DNA of 64,000 bases from Negativicutes bacterium. Lineage in GTDB: Bacteria; Bacillota; Negativicutes; UBA1444. Location of the stretch: assembly GCA_963665275.2 (NCBI GenBank), contig CAXXIN010000009.1, positions 1 to 64,000 on the forward strand. Direction: 5' to 3'. The notes beneath the pieces are model-generated. The model worked only from the letters and a program-made list of their open reading frames with translations. It did no database searches and was not told where the DNA came from. This document shows, piece by piece, positions 18,605 through 28,234 of this stretch (its first letter is position 1; every line of letters starts with the position of its first letter). Made by a program: the position numbers and the translations under genes.

Positions 18605-18632
18605 ACTTTACATAATATATATTATCGGACGT
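18605..18632 (-). other. dif: dif site (Xer chromosome-dimer resolution site)
   Basis: Minus strand ACGTCCGATAA-TATATA-TTATGTAAAGT versus Bacillus subtilis dif ACTTCCTAGAA-TATATA-TTATGTAAACT; intergenic, at the gene-orientation switch. Confidence 0.92.
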
Positions 18633-18683
18633 AATAGATTGTTTTAAAAATAGAGCTCTCTCTACACCCAAACTATCAGAAGC

Positions 18684-18716
18684 AAGCTCTTGAATTCTAC
18701 TCTAATTCAAGAGCTT
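18684..18716. terminator. Hairpin downstream of yneA
   Basis: AAGCTCTTGAATT / AATTCAAGAGCTT 13-bp stem. Confidence 0.6.
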
Positions 18717-18736
18717 CATATCACACAGAAATTAGA

Positions 18737-19105
18737 TTAGCGACGCTCTTTCAATGCATAACGATATCCCGCATCATTTGTATGCTTCACGGGTATTCTA
18801 ACAACTTGTCCAGGGATTAAGGATTGATTCGGCGTCATTCCATTAATTTTGCGGATTGCGATAATTTTATTGCGTATATCTTCACCAGGTTCTACTATAG
18901 TGCTGGCTAACGTCCACAGCGTATCTCCTGATTCAATTCGGCAGGAAACTTCATGCTGAGGAGTGGCATTGCTAACAAACTGAAATTCTTCGAACAGATG
19001 ATCCATAAATAAAAATCCCGCAAAAGCCGCCAACACAGTGATACTAAGGACTATTGTTACATCATGCCAGCGTTTCTGCCTTTTCAGTTTTTCACGAAGC
19101 GTCAT
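18737..19105 (-). CDS. yneA: LysM-domain SOS cell-division suppressor (YneA-like)
   Basis: TM plus LysM (IESGDTLWTLA..IRKING..LIPGQVVRIP); divergent from lexA; GGAGG SD before ATG 19105. Confidence 0.82.
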   Translation of the reverse strand: MTLREKLKRQKRWHDVTIVLSITVLAAFAGFLFMDHLFEEFQFVSNATPQHEVSCRIESGDTLWTLASTIVEPGEDIRNKIIAIRKINGMTPNQSLIPGQVVRIPVKHTNDAGYRYALKERR

Positions 19106-19120
19106 TATTACGCACCTCCA

Positions 19121-19201
19121 GAACATATGTTCATGTCAGTATAATATCACGGAACACATGTTCTGGCAATAGGTTGGTGGTAAAATCGCGAACAAATGTT
19201 T
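19121..19201. promoter_or_regulatory. Three LexA (Cheo) boxes in the yneA-lexA intergenic region
   Basis: GAACATATGTTC 19121-19132, GAACACATGTTC 19152-19163, GAACAAATGTTT 19190-19201. Confidence 0.92.
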
Positions 19202-19228
19202 GCAAATTCTTCCCTGCATTGCTATAAT
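19200..19228 (+). promoter_or_regulatory. Sigma-A promoter of lexA
   Basis: TTGCAA-17 nt-TATAAT with extended TG; overlaps the third SOS box. Confidence 0.8.
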
Positions 19229-19269
19229 GCTTATAAGTAGTTAATCAATCCATCCATCGGAGGTGCGGC

Positions 19270-19887
19270 ATGGCAAAAGAAGCTTCCTTAAGCGTAAAAC
19301 AACAACAGATTCTAGAGGTGATCCAGTCTGCAATTCGTCAAAAAGGTTATCCCCCCAGTGTACGTGAAATTGGCGAGGCTGTGGGTCTGAAGTCTCCCTC
19401 AACCGTGCACATGCATCTGAATAAGCTGGAACAGCTTGGCGCCATTCAGCGCGAATCCGAAAAAAATCGAGCGATCAACGTCGTTGGTGATGCTTCCCTG
19501 CGTAGTGTCTCCATGGTACCTGTTCCCTTTGTTGGTCGGGTCACGGCAGGGCAACCAGTACTGGCAGTAGAAAATATTGAGGAAACCTATCCCCTCCCTG
19601 CCGACCTCGTGGGCGATGATGCTGTCTTTATGCTGAAAGTTGACGGAGAAAGCATGATTCAGGCAGGAATCTTTGACGGTGACTACATCATTGTTAGAGA
19701 TCAGGATTCTGCCCGTAACGGCGACATCGTTGTAGCATTGGTCGATGGTGAGGAAGCGACCGTCAAACGCTTTTTTCATGAAAAAGACCGGATTCGCCTA
19801 CAACCGGAAAACGACCGCATGGACCCCATTTACTCCAGAGATGTTTCGGTCCTGGGAAAAGTTATCGGCTTATATCGCAAGATGTAA
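19270..19887 (+). CDS. lexA: LexA repressor
   Basis: GYPPSVREI, VTAG cleavage site, GESM, ATVKRF. Confidence 0.97.
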   Translation: MAKEASLSVKQQQILEVIQSAIRQKGYPPSVREIGEAVGLKSPSTVHMHLNKLEQLGAIQRESEKNRAINVVGDASLRSVSMVPVPFVGRVTAGQPVLAVENIEETYPLPADLVGDDAVFMLKVDGESMIQAGIFDGDYIIVRDQDSARNGDIVVALVDGEEATVKRFFHEKDRIRLQPENDRMDPIYSRDVSVLGKVIGLYRKM

Positions 19888-19904
19888 ATTGCATTTGCCA
19901 CCTC

Positions 19905-19956
19905 AAAGCAAGAACAGGCCATCGGTACTAAACCGATGGCCTGTTCTTGCTTTTTT
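19905..19956. terminator. Bidirectional terminator between lexA and vanW
   Basis: 22-bp stem AAAGCAAGAACAGGCCATCGGT / ACCGATGGCCTGTTCTTGCTTT. Confidence 0.9.
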
Positions 19957-19988
19957 GCTTACTATCTTGGAGTTCTTTCCTCAGCTAC

Positions 19989-21509
19989 TTATGGGCGTAC
20001 GACTGTTGATGATGGTGCAGGAGTATTGGGAACGCGTGGCGTCTGTCCCTGCAACTTGGTCGTACCGGATTGCACCTTTGACGGCTCTGCCTTGTCAGCT
20101 GTTGGTAACGAACCACCTGAAGCAGCGGCTACCCCCGTTGTTTTAGCAGGTTTTGTACCAATCTTTATGATACGGTTTACCGGATCATAATCATCCGTCG
20201 ATAGCAGTTGACTTACTTGTTTTCCGTTGATTGTGCGAATCCGATAGGTTGATACGCGAAAACCGCGTTGTGGGGATTCATCCACTACCTCTTTGCCAGT
20301 TTCCAGCGTTGCATCCGGCTGCTTGATCTCGATTGGTTCGATCACCTTATGTACAACATAATCCAACTCAATCGGCGGCGGAACATCCTTCGCATCGCCC
20401 AGAATGGAAAAAGTCAACTCGTTATCAGATAGTACCGAATGAAGAATTACGGGACGTTTAAGATTATTCTTGAATTTAAAGTCAATTTGTCCGTCTACGA
20501 CAGTAGCATCAAAGCCTAGCGGAACGTATCCTATCGCGCGACCATGATTGCTACGGTCTACAATATCCAGATCGGCCAGCAATGCCGCATTATACAGAGT
20601 GCTACTGACCTGACATACTCCCCCGCCCCAGTCAGGAACCAGCTTCCCGTCAAGAATAACGGGAGCCATCCGGAAACCTTCCTGTTGCGTCCGATGTCCG
20701 ACGATCTGATTGTAGGAGAAAGTTTCACCCGGTTTCAAAACGGTCCCATGAATTCGCCCGGTTGCAAGACGCAGGTTGGCATTTCGCTCGCTATCCCAAG
20801 GGTTGAACGAGGTCGTATAGGTTGCCAGAACCGTATTAATTCCTGCGTAATGGTCGTCAGTGATTTTTGGCGCCTGCTGTGTAAATATGAGGTTAATTAC
20901 AAAAGGCAATTGATTTGGCGTCGTTTGGAAAGCTTGCGCCACGGTCTTCTCAATCTCCAGTTTTCTCCCCACTACAGCGGGCGTCAGTATAACAGTTTTG
21001 TTCTTGGGAACAATTGTAAGAATCGCATCTTTGGGTTGACGGTCAGTTTGTGCTGCCAATACTGTCAAGGCTTTAACCAATTTTGTCCGGTTCATTTCGA
21101 CAGCCGCAGGCAAATTGCGAACCTGGTTATCAGAGAGTAGACGTTGTTTCCAGCGCAATAAAAAATCTGACTCATGACCTACTCCCGATGCTATGGCAAT
21201 ACTGCCTTTCACATCGACGATAAAATCGATATCGGCTGGCTGAAAAAACCAGTTGTTTTTTTGGTCGGTTACCAAAATTGGTGCAATCGCCGCAAGTTTT
21301 ATTGATTCACGTAGTTTTCGCTCTGCTTCAGCTGGCAATAATCCACCGATGTCAACGGAAGCAACCTGAACATTAGGACGGATTCTCGGATCCTGCTGCA
21401 ATAGATGATCAGCTGTCAATATTCCGGCCATCGCGATTGTCAAAAGCACGAAAGCTGCCAGCCCCAATTGTTTCTTTGTCATGTTCTGACCTAAGTTCAC
21501 TACGACCAC
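19989..21509 (-). CDS. VanW-family protein (PG-binding domain, VanW, G5-like C-terminus)
   Basis: N-terminal TM, PGETFSYN, GGGVCQVSSTLYNA, GFDATV; start may be 21482. Confidence 0.9.
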   Translation of the reverse strand: MVVVNLGQNMTKKQLGLAAFVLLTIAMAGILTADHLLQQDPRIRPNVQVASVDIGGLLPAEAERKLRESIKLAAIAPILVTDQKNNWFFQPADIDFIVDVKGSIAIASGVGHESDFLLRWKQRLLSDNQVRNLPAAVEMNRTKLVKALTVLAAQTDRQPKDAILTIVPKNKTVILTPAVVGRKLEIEKTVAQAFQTTPNQLPFVINLIFTQQAPKITDDHYAGINTVLATYTTSFNPWDSERNANLRLATGRIHGTVLKPGETFSYNQIVGHRTQQEGFRMAPVILDGKLVPDWGGGVCQVSSTLYNAALLADLDIVDRSNHGRAIGYVPLGFDATVVDGQIDFKFKNNLKRPVILHSVLSDNELTFSILGDAKDVPPPIELDYVVHKVIEPIEIKQPDATLETGKEVVDESPQRGFRVSTYRIRTINGKQVSQLLSTDDYDPVNRIIKIGTKPAKTTGVAAASGGSLPTADKAEPSKVQSGTTKLQGQTPRVPNTPAPSSTVVRP

Positions 21510-21526
21510 ACATCCATTCTTAATTG

Positions 21527-21775
21527 TTAGATATCATGGGAAGATAATATCCACGCAAACAAAGTTGCGCCAAAGACCCAAAAGGTAATCTGAATTAAGG
21601 TATTGGAGCTTTGCCAGATAAAAACACGGGGCAACGCAAGTAAAACGATATAAGAAAAAGCTCCGCACCAATATAGTGAACGGAGGCTAAAAGGCCAGCA
21701 AATCCAGCGACGAGTAAGCGCCAGAATGAACATCAACGAGATTACTATAACAAAAGAGAATAATTCGTATTTCAT
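21527..21775 (-). CDS. Small three-TM hypothetical membrane protein, probably leaderless
   Basis: 82 aa with three hydrophobic segments; fills the intergenic gap; promoter ends 6 nt before ATG. Confidence 0.6.
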   Translation of the reverse strand: MKYELFSFVIVISLMFILALTRRWICWPFSLRSLYWCGAFSYIVLLALPRVFIWQSSNTLIQITFWVFGATLFAWILSSHDI

Positions 21776-21781
21776 ACCTGT

Positions 21782-21809
21782 ATTGTATCATCAGATACTA
21801 TTATGTCAA
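21782..21809 (-). promoter_or_regulatory. Sigma-A promoter
   Basis: TTGACA-16 nt-TACAAT with extended TG. Confidence 0.65.
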
Positions 21810-21815
21810 ATACTT

Positions 21816-23066
21816 CTAATCCGTATCAACGTTTCCAAGCATTTCCTGCGCGGCGCCCATCAGCGCCAGCATTGCATGTTCAAAAGTAAGGCCACCTTGA
21901 AGATAGACTGCGAAAGGTTCCCGCAGCGGACCATCAGCGCTCAGCTCAATGGACGAGCCCTGCACAAAAGTTCCACCGGCCATCACGACCGGATCGGCAT
22001 ACCCTGGCATCGGCGCGGGCTCCGGTTTCACATGAGAGTCTACCGGTGAATATTTTTGCAAGCCGCGGCAAAACGCAGTCAATTTTTCTGGTGTCCGCAG
22101 TTCAATCCCTTGAATGATGTCATGCCGTACGACGTCGCAGCGCGGATGAACGGAATAGCCAAGTGAAGCAAAAAATGCCGCAGCAAATAAAGCGCTTTTC
22201 ATGGCCTGCGCAGTTGTGTGCGGCGCTAAAAACAGACCCTGATAAAATAACCGGTAACCATCAATAGAGGAGCCGACTTCCGCTCCGATCCCGGGTGCGG
22301 TCAGTCGCGAGGCCGCCAGTTCCACCAAATCCGCCCGCCCGGCTATATAGCCTCCGGTTGGTGCGATTCCGCCGCCAGGATTCTTGATCAGCGATCCTAC
22401 TGCCAAATCGGCTCCCACAGCGGTGGGTTCCTGCGTTTGCGTGAATTCGCCATAACAATTGTCCACCATGATCACGCAATCAGGCCGCACTGCTTTAATC
22501 GAAGAGCACAGTAAGGCGATTTCCTCCACGGACAGCGAATGTCGCAAACTATAACCGCATGAGCGCTGAATCAATATTAAACGAGTTTCCGGCGCCAGAG
22601 TGATTCCTATGGTTTCTGGATGAAGCGCTTGTTCAAAGGCGGTTTCCCTGTAGCGAATTCCAAATTCAGTCAAGCATCCAGGAACCGGGGTTGGAACGCC
22701 AATAACCGACCGCAGCGTGTCATACGGAGTTCCAGTGATCGACAAAAGTTCATCACCTGGACGTAATACACCAAACAAAGCAGTAGCCAGTGCGTGAGTG
22801 CCCGAGACAAAATGATTCCGGACCAATGCCGCCGGAGCACCAAAAATATCTGCCCATACGGCATCCAGTTTGTCGCGTCCGCCGTCCCCGTAACCATAAC
22901 CTGTCGTTTGGCGAAAATCACAATCGGATACTTTGTGTGTCCGGAACGCATCCAGTATTCGGGCCGTGTTCTGGAGTGAAATTTCTTCGATTGCCTGAAA
23001 TTGTGGCGCCAACTGTTTGATGATCTGATTTTTGCGGGCAATGAGCGATGGGGAAAATCGATTCAC
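21816..23066 (-). CDS. Methionine gamma-lyase-family / aluminium-resistance protein (YnbB-like)
   Basis: GYGYGDGGRD, SGTHA, DNCYGEF, GSLIKNPGGG, GSSIELSADGP. Confidence 0.92.
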   Translation of the reverse strand: MNRFSPSLIARKNQIIKQLAPQFQAIEEISLQNTARILDAFRTHKVSDCDFRQTTGYGYGDGGRDKLDAVWADIFGAPAALVRNHFVSGTHALATALFGVLRPGDELLSITGTPYDTLRSVIGVPTPVPGCLTEFGIRYRETAFEQALHPETIGITLAPETRLILIQRSCGYSLRHSLSVEEIALLCSSIKAVRPDCVIMVDNCYGEFTQTQEPTAVGADLAVGSLIKNPGGGIAPTGGYIAGRADLVELAASRLTAPGIGAEVGSSIDGYRLFYQGLFLAPHTTAQAMKSALFAAAFFASLGYSVHPRCDVVRHDIIQGIELRTPEKLTAFCRGLQKYSPVDSHVKPEPAPMPGYADPVVMAGGTFVQGSSIELSADGPLREPFAVYLQGGLTFEHAMLALMGAAQEMLGNVDTD

Positions 23067-24346
23067 TCTATCGGTTCCTTTCCTGTTACAATATATGCTG
23101 ACATTTGACCGGCAATCGCCGGCGTCAGCAACGCGTGCACCTCGATGCCTTCCGGCTTGAACTCTTTCTCCTGAACAACAGCCTGTTCATACAAGAGATT
23201 CAGCAATCTGGATTCTTCATACGGGATCAAAAGCGTCACTGATAAACTCAAACGACTGAGCACGGTATCCAGAGCTGCGAAAAGATCTTCAATACCGGTT
23301 CCGTCTTTTGCCGAAATACCGACAGCGCCATCTTTCCAAAGCAATTTGCGAAATTTGGCATGCCCTGTAAGGCTGTCAGTTTTATTCATGACCGTGACAA
23401 CTGGTTTGTCAGCAGCCCCCAGTTCCTTCAGCACTTCATAGACAGATACGCTTTGCTCCTGCCAATCTTCGGCTCCGGCGTCGATTACATGCAAAAGCAC
23501 ATCAGCGAAGATCACTTCTTCCAGCGTCGCACGAAAGGCCGCAATAAGCGCATGCGGCAGGCGACGAATAAACCCTACCGTATCAGACAGTAACAGCTTG
23601 CGTCCGGAAGGCAGGACCAACATTCTGATGGTGGGATCAAGTGTTGCGAACAACTTATCTTCCACCAAAACACCCGCATCAGTAAGTCGGTTCAGTAAGG
23701 TAGATTTACCGGCATTCGTATAGCCGACGATCGCAACGCAGGGCAAACCTGACTGGATTCGTTTGGAACGGTGCAGTGCACGTTGCGCGCATACCGATTC
23801 AATTTCTTCTTCAATGTCATGGATCTTGCTGCGGATACGTCTGCGATCAACTTCGAGTTTCGTTTCTCCCGGTCCGCGTGTGCCGATGCCGCCGCCCAGA
23901 CGAGACAAAACCAGTCCTTTTCCTCCGAGACGCGGCAAGAGGTACTTCATCTGCGCCAGCTCCACTTGAAGCTGCCCTTCGTGCGAGTGAGCCCGTTGCG
24001 CGAAGATATCGAGAATCAACGCTGTTCGATCAAGCACTTTGACTTCCAATGCTTTTTCAAGATTACGCTGTTGGGCTGGTGACAGTTGCTCGTCAAAAAT
24101 GACAGTAGCAGCCTCTGTCTCCAACTGAAGCGCCTTAAGTTCCTCCAGCTTCCCCTTGCCGATATACGTCGCTGGGTCTGGTGATTCGCGTCGCTGGGTA
24201 ACCTGTCCCACCGAAACCCCACCAGCGGTGTCGACAAGTCGCTCCAGTTCTTTCAACGATTCCTCGATATCCTGTTCTTTGTTGATATCGGTCCCTACAA
24301 GCAAGACTCGTTCTTCACTCATCCCGTCTTGAATATTATCGTGCAT
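23063..24346 (-). CDS. hflX: GTPase HflX
   Basis: LDIFAQRA, RGPGETKLE, GYTNAGKS, FATLD, DTVGF, NKTD; start 24346 or 24322. Confidence 0.96.
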   Translation of the reverse strand: MHDNIQDGMSEERVLLVGTDINKEQDIEESLKELERLVDTAGGVSVGQVTQRRESPDPATYIGKGKLEELKALQLETEAATVIFDEQLSPAQQRNLEKALEVKVLDRTALILDIFAQRAHSHEGQLQVELAQMKYLLPRLGGKGLVLSRLGGGIGTRGPGETKLEVDRRRIRSKIHDIEEEIESVCAQRALHRSKRIQSGLPCVAIVGYTNAGKSTLLNRLTDAGVLVEDKLFATLDPTIRMLVLPSGRKLLLSDTVGFIRRLPHALIAAFRATLEEVIFADVLLHVIDAGAEDWQEQSVSVYEVLKELGAADKPVVTVMNKTDSLTGHAKFRKLLWKDGAVGISAKDGTGIEDLFAALDTVLSRLSLSVTLLIPYEESRLLNLLYEQAVVQEKEFKPEGIEVHALLTPAIAGQMSAYIVTGKEPIE

Positions 24347-24357
24347 ATTCTCACATG

Positions 24358-24392
24358 AAAAGCCCCAGGCAATTCGCACCCGGGGCAATTTC
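24358..24392 (-). terminator. Terminator-like hairpin after hfq
   Basis: Minus strand GCCCCGGG ... CCTGGGGC followed by TTTT. Confidence 0.55.
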
Positions 24393-24402
24393 CCTTCCAG
24401 TT

Positions 24403-24657
24403 CTATTCATTCACCGGTTCATCTTGCTTTTCCATAACCATAGGCTGTAATGGACGAATCGGTGTAATTGTGGATATTGCATGCTTATAAACCAATTGTT
24501 GTTTCCCATCGTTCTCCAGAATAACGGTAAAGTTATCAAATCCCCGTACCGAACCCCGCAGCTGAAATCCGTTGGCCAAATAGACGATTACGGGTATGTT
24601 TTCTTTACGGATCTGGTTCAAAAACGTGTCCTGCAAGTTCAAAAGTTTATTGGTCAT
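24403..24657 (-). CDS. hfq: RNA chaperone Hfq
   Basis: [29 protein letters not shown]. Confidence 0.97.
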   Translation of the reverse strand: MTNKLLNLQDTFLNQIRKENIPVIVYLANGFQLRGSVRGFDNFTVILENDGKQQLVYKHAISTITPIRPLQPMVMEKQDEPVNE

Positions 24658-24690
24658 AGTGCACCTCCAACCAGTGATTACATAACTATT

Positions 24691-25629
24691 CTACTTGATT
24701 GCAAATTTTTCCGCAACCTGACTTGCGGCCATCTGAAATGTTGTAATAGCGCCCGGGCCTTCAACCTGCCCTATCCAGCGAATATAGGACATCCGCCGAA
24801 ACCAGGTCAGCTGCCGCTTGGCGTAGCGACGGCTGGATTGTTTGACCCTGGCGACGGCCTCTTCTAGAGAAACTTCTCCCTCTAGGCAGGCAGCTATTTC
24901 TTTGTACCCGATCGCCTGGAATGCCGTAGAATCAGCAGGCACTCCTTGAAGCATCAAGCTCTTCACTTCAGCAACAAGGCCCGCTTCCAACATGCGATCG
25001 ACCCTGGCATCGATCCGGCGATAAAGGTCCTGCCGCTCCATCGAAAGTCCGAAAACGATGCAATCAAACAGAAGAGTTGGATCAGGAGATATTTTGTCGC
25101 ATGAAATTGACCGGTGCTCCGCAGTCACTACTTCAAGCGCTCTCTGGATGCGTTTACGGTCATTTGGATGGATACGAGCTGCTGCTACGGGGTCGACTGA
25201 ATTCAATTTGTCATGCAAAACCGAAGTAACGACAGATTCTGGTATATTAATATCCAACTCACTCCGCGGATCTGTATTCGGTGTCGGATTAAACTGATAT
25301 CCTTCCAGCAACGCCTGCACGTAGAGCCCGGTTCCTCCAACCAATAAGGGGATTTTCCCCCGTTCATTGATTGACTCAATGGCAGAAGTAGCCAGCTGTT
25401 GAAAATCAACGACAGAGAACGACTCCCCTGGTTTGCGAATATCGATCAGATGATGAGGAATTTCCTGACGCTCTGCCTGAGAGGGTTTGGCTGTGCCGAT
25501 ATCCATGCCTTGATATACACACATCGAATCACCGGAAATAATTTCACAGCCGAAATGACGGGCCAATTCCAAGGCCAGGGCGCTTTTCCCTGAAGCAGTC
25601 GGTCCGACAATCACAATCAGCCGGTTCAA
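24691..25629 (-). CDS. miaA: tRNA dimethylallyltransferase
   Basis: GPTASGKS, DIGTAKP, VGGTGLY, IGYKE, YAKRQLTWF. Confidence 0.97.
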   Translation of the reverse strand: MNRLIVIVGPTASGKSALALELARHFGCEIISGDSMCVYQGMDIGTAKPSQAERQEIPHHLIDIRKPGESFSVVDFQQLATSAIESINERGKIPLLVGGTGLYVQALLEGYQFNPTPNTDPRSELDINIPESVVTSVLHDKLNSVDPVAAARIHPNDRKRIQRALEVVTAEHRSISCDKISPDPTLLFDCIVFGLSMERQDLYRRIDARVDRMLEAGLVAEVKSLMLQGVPADSTAFQAIGYKEIAACLEGEVSLEEAVARVKQSSRRYAKRQLTWFRRMSYIRWIGQVEGPGAITTFQMAASQVAEKFAIK

Positions 25630-26423
25630 CTCGTTTCCTCCCTAACTAGGATACCATATTGAATGGGGCTATAGCGTCCACCGCCAAACTGCTGCATGCC
25701 AAGACGGGAAAATTCCCGACTGCCATGTGCTTCCTTGACCACGACCCTGCGTCTGGCAACCCGCATCGCCTGTCGGATGGCCTCTATCGTCAATGCCCGG
25801 GAATCGGCAAAATTTCGCAAAGGTTGAATCCCGACGCTGGCCTGTTTTGGGCGACGAAACATCGGGTCGAAATAAACCACATCAAAAGATCGATCCACCA
25901 ATCCCGTCAAATATTCCAGATGGTCGGCCCGTATTGCATCAATACAACTTGCAGCCTGTTTAGTTACCGGCCTGGCATCGGAACGATCCGAACACAACTC
26001 GGCCAGGCCCCAACGTGTCAGGCTTGCAACAACTGGTGATTTTTCAACCCCCAGCACCCGACCCGAAACACCTACGGCAAACGCTGCAACCAAAGCGTCA
26101 GCCGCTAGTCCCAGAGTGCAGTCCAAAACCGTCATTCCCGCCTCCAGCCCCATTGCGGCGACCATCGGATCATGCCCGGAACGGACAAAATTCAAGAGCC
26201 GCAACTCTGCCATGCCGCGATGAAAGAAGAATCTTTCATTTCCCTGGTAAACAACCGGTTGCCCATTCTCAATAATAACAAAACGTGTTACATTGTACTT
26301 TTGTTGGAGTTCTGGTAGTGAAGCGCCTTCTCGCGGCACATAATCCCCCGAGATCTCATTCGCGAACCTGCAAGCTGCCGAAATATCCTCCGGCATGGAC
26401 CTCAGTGACGTCGTAACAATCAT
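25626..26423 (-). CDS. Class I SAM-dependent methyltransferase (RsmJ-like family)
   Basis: LDCTLGLAADA, DVVYFDPMF. Confidence 0.88.
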   Translation of the reverse strand: MIVTTSLRSMPEDISAACRFANEISGDYVPREGASLPELQQKYNVTRFVIIENGQPVVYQGNERFFFHRGMAELRLLNFVRSGHDPMVAAMGLEAGMTVLDCTLGLAADALVAAFAVGVSGRVLGVEKSPVVASLTRWGLAELCSDRSDARPVTKQAASCIDAIRADHLEYLTGLVDRSFDVVYFDPMFRRPKQASVGIQPLRNFADSRALTIEAIRQAMRVARRRVVVKEAHGSREFSRLGMQQFGGGRYSPIQYGILVREETS

Positions 26424-28234
26424 ATTCGTTTAAACAACTTAGCCAGATCTTTTTCGGTCAGGCGTATCAGTGTCGGTCTGCCATGCGGACAGGTGTAAGG
26501 CCGTTCGGTTTTCATCAGGTCATCCACTAGGCCCTGCATCTGGGGCTGATTCAGCAGCTGACCCGCTCGCACCGCCATATGGCAGGCCGCAGTCTCGATC
26601 CAAAGTTGACGGAACGATTCCATGTCAGGAGTCTTCAATGTCAGCACGGACGATAATATCTGATGAAACAAGCCCTCTGCCTCTTGGGGAGGAATGTGCG
26701 TGGGAAGCTCTGAAATCCGGACCGCCCCTGGACCCAGCCAGTCAAAACTAAAACCCAAACCTGATAATTCCGTCGAATAAGTCTCCGCCGCTTGTGCTTC
26801 GAGCGGATCGAGATCGACGACAAGCGGGATAAGTAGAGTTTGGAAGGCAGACGGCGCCTGTTTTTGCGCTAACAGATCAAACAACAGCCGCTCGTGGGCT
26901 GCATGCTGATCTACAATATAGAGGCTATCACCATCACTGGCCAAAATATAGCAGCGCGCGTACTGGGCCAGCACTTTCATTCCAGATTGTTCCTGGGTAT
27001 TGGCAGATACCGATGGTTCACAGGTATCGCTGTTCTCTTCCAAGTGCGCTGATACTTGCACTGAATTTGATTCAATGCAAGGAACAACAGCCTCGGATCT
27101 TAGCTCTGCGCCAGGCAAACGCTCAGTGGTAGAACTCGCAAAACGCTCCATCACTGGCAGCTCTTCCTGTACGTAAGAATTCCGGTACTGGGGGCGATAT
27201 GCCGTATGATCAAAGGCCGCGGAAACTTCTGAGGGATGCTCCGGCGCAGTCAATACTTCTTTGAGTGCCGCATGCATGGCCCGGAATATAATGCGTTCAT
27301 CCTGAAATTTAACTTCTGCCTTTTGTGGGTGAACATTGACATCGATTTGAGCAGAAGGGACTTCGATCTGTAAAGCGATGAGAGGATAGCTCCCTGTGGG
27401 CAGTAATGTCTGATAAGCCGTGTCCACAGCCCGATTCAACATCCGACTGCCGATCACCCGCCGGTTCACGGTAAAACATTGCCACTGGCGTGACCCTTTG
27501 CGAATCGATGGACGAGCTGCATACCCACTTATGCGAATTTCGCCGTCTGAATAGTTCAGGGGAAACAGTTGCTGAAGTGTATCCGGTCCATACAACGCCG
27601 CCAACGTATCGGACAGACGGCCGGTGCCGGGAGTATGCATCGTTGTCCGTTCATTGTTCGTTAATCGAAAAGTCACGTCAGGACGGGAGATGGAAAGTCT
27701 GACCATAGCATCATGAATATGCGAACTTTCAGCGGCAGCGGTCTTCATGAATTTGAGTCGGGCGGGCGTATTGAAAAACAAATCGGTGACTGCCACTACG
27801 GTGCCTATTTCCGCACCGCACTCCCGCACATCCTTCAACTGGCCGCCTTCAATTTCAAGGCGGGTTCCCAGTTCAGCACCGGGTTGACGGCTGATCAAGT
27901 GAAATTTGGATACCGAAGCGATGCTGGGAAGCGCCTCGCCGCGGAACCCCAGAGACACAACTGATTCCAGATCATCAGCGCTGCGAATTTTACTTGTTGC
28001 ATGACGCAAAACCGCCATGCTGACATCGGCCTGTGACATACCGGCGCCGTCATCACTGACCGTTATTTTCCCGATGCCCCCCGCCTCAATGACTACTTCA
28101 ATGCGGCTTGCACCTGCATCCAGCGCATTCTCAACGAGTTCCTTGACGACCGAAGACGGTCTGTCGATGACCTCCCCTGCCGCGATCTTATTAATGGAGG
28201 TATCATCAAGCAGTTCGATTATCGATACGGTCAC
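26420..28234 (-). CDS. mutL: DNA mismatch repair endonuclease MutL
   Basis: IAAGEVI, GFRGEAL, DQHAAHER, CPHGRP. Confidence 0.97.
   Translation of the reverse strand: MTVSIIELLDDTSINKIAAGEVIDRPSSVVKELVENALDAGASRIEVVIEAGGIGKITVSDDGAGMSQADVSMAVLRHATSKIRSADDLESVVSLGFRGEALPSIASVSKFHLISRQPGAELGTRLEIEGGQLKDVRECGAEIGTVVAVTDLFFNTPARLKFMKTAAAESSHIHDAMVRLSISRPDVTFRLTNNERTTMHTPGTGRLSDTLAALYGPDTLQQLFPLNYSDGEIRISGYAARPSIRKGSRQWQCFTVNRRVIGSRMLNRAVDTAYQTLLPTGSYPLIALQIEVPSAQIDVNVHPQKAEVKFQDERIIFRAMHAALKEVLTAPEHPSEVSAAFDHTAYRPQYRNSYVQEELPVMERFASSTTERLPGAELRSEAVVPCIESNSVQVSAHLEENSDTCEPSVSANTQEQSGMKVLAQYARCYILASDGDSLYIVDQHAAHERLLFDLLAQKQAPSAFQTLLIPLVVDLDPLEAQAAETYSTELSGLGFSFDWLGPGAVRISELPTHIPPQEAEGLFHQILSSVLTLKTPDMESFRQLWIETAACHMAVRAGQLLNQPQMQGLVDDLMKTERPYTCPHGRPTLIRLTEKDLAKLFKRI

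Noticed and set aside
19989-21509. vanW as a vancomycin-resistance determinant
   Set aside because: No vanHAX or vanRS; VanW-domain proteins are common chromosomal cell-wall proteins.
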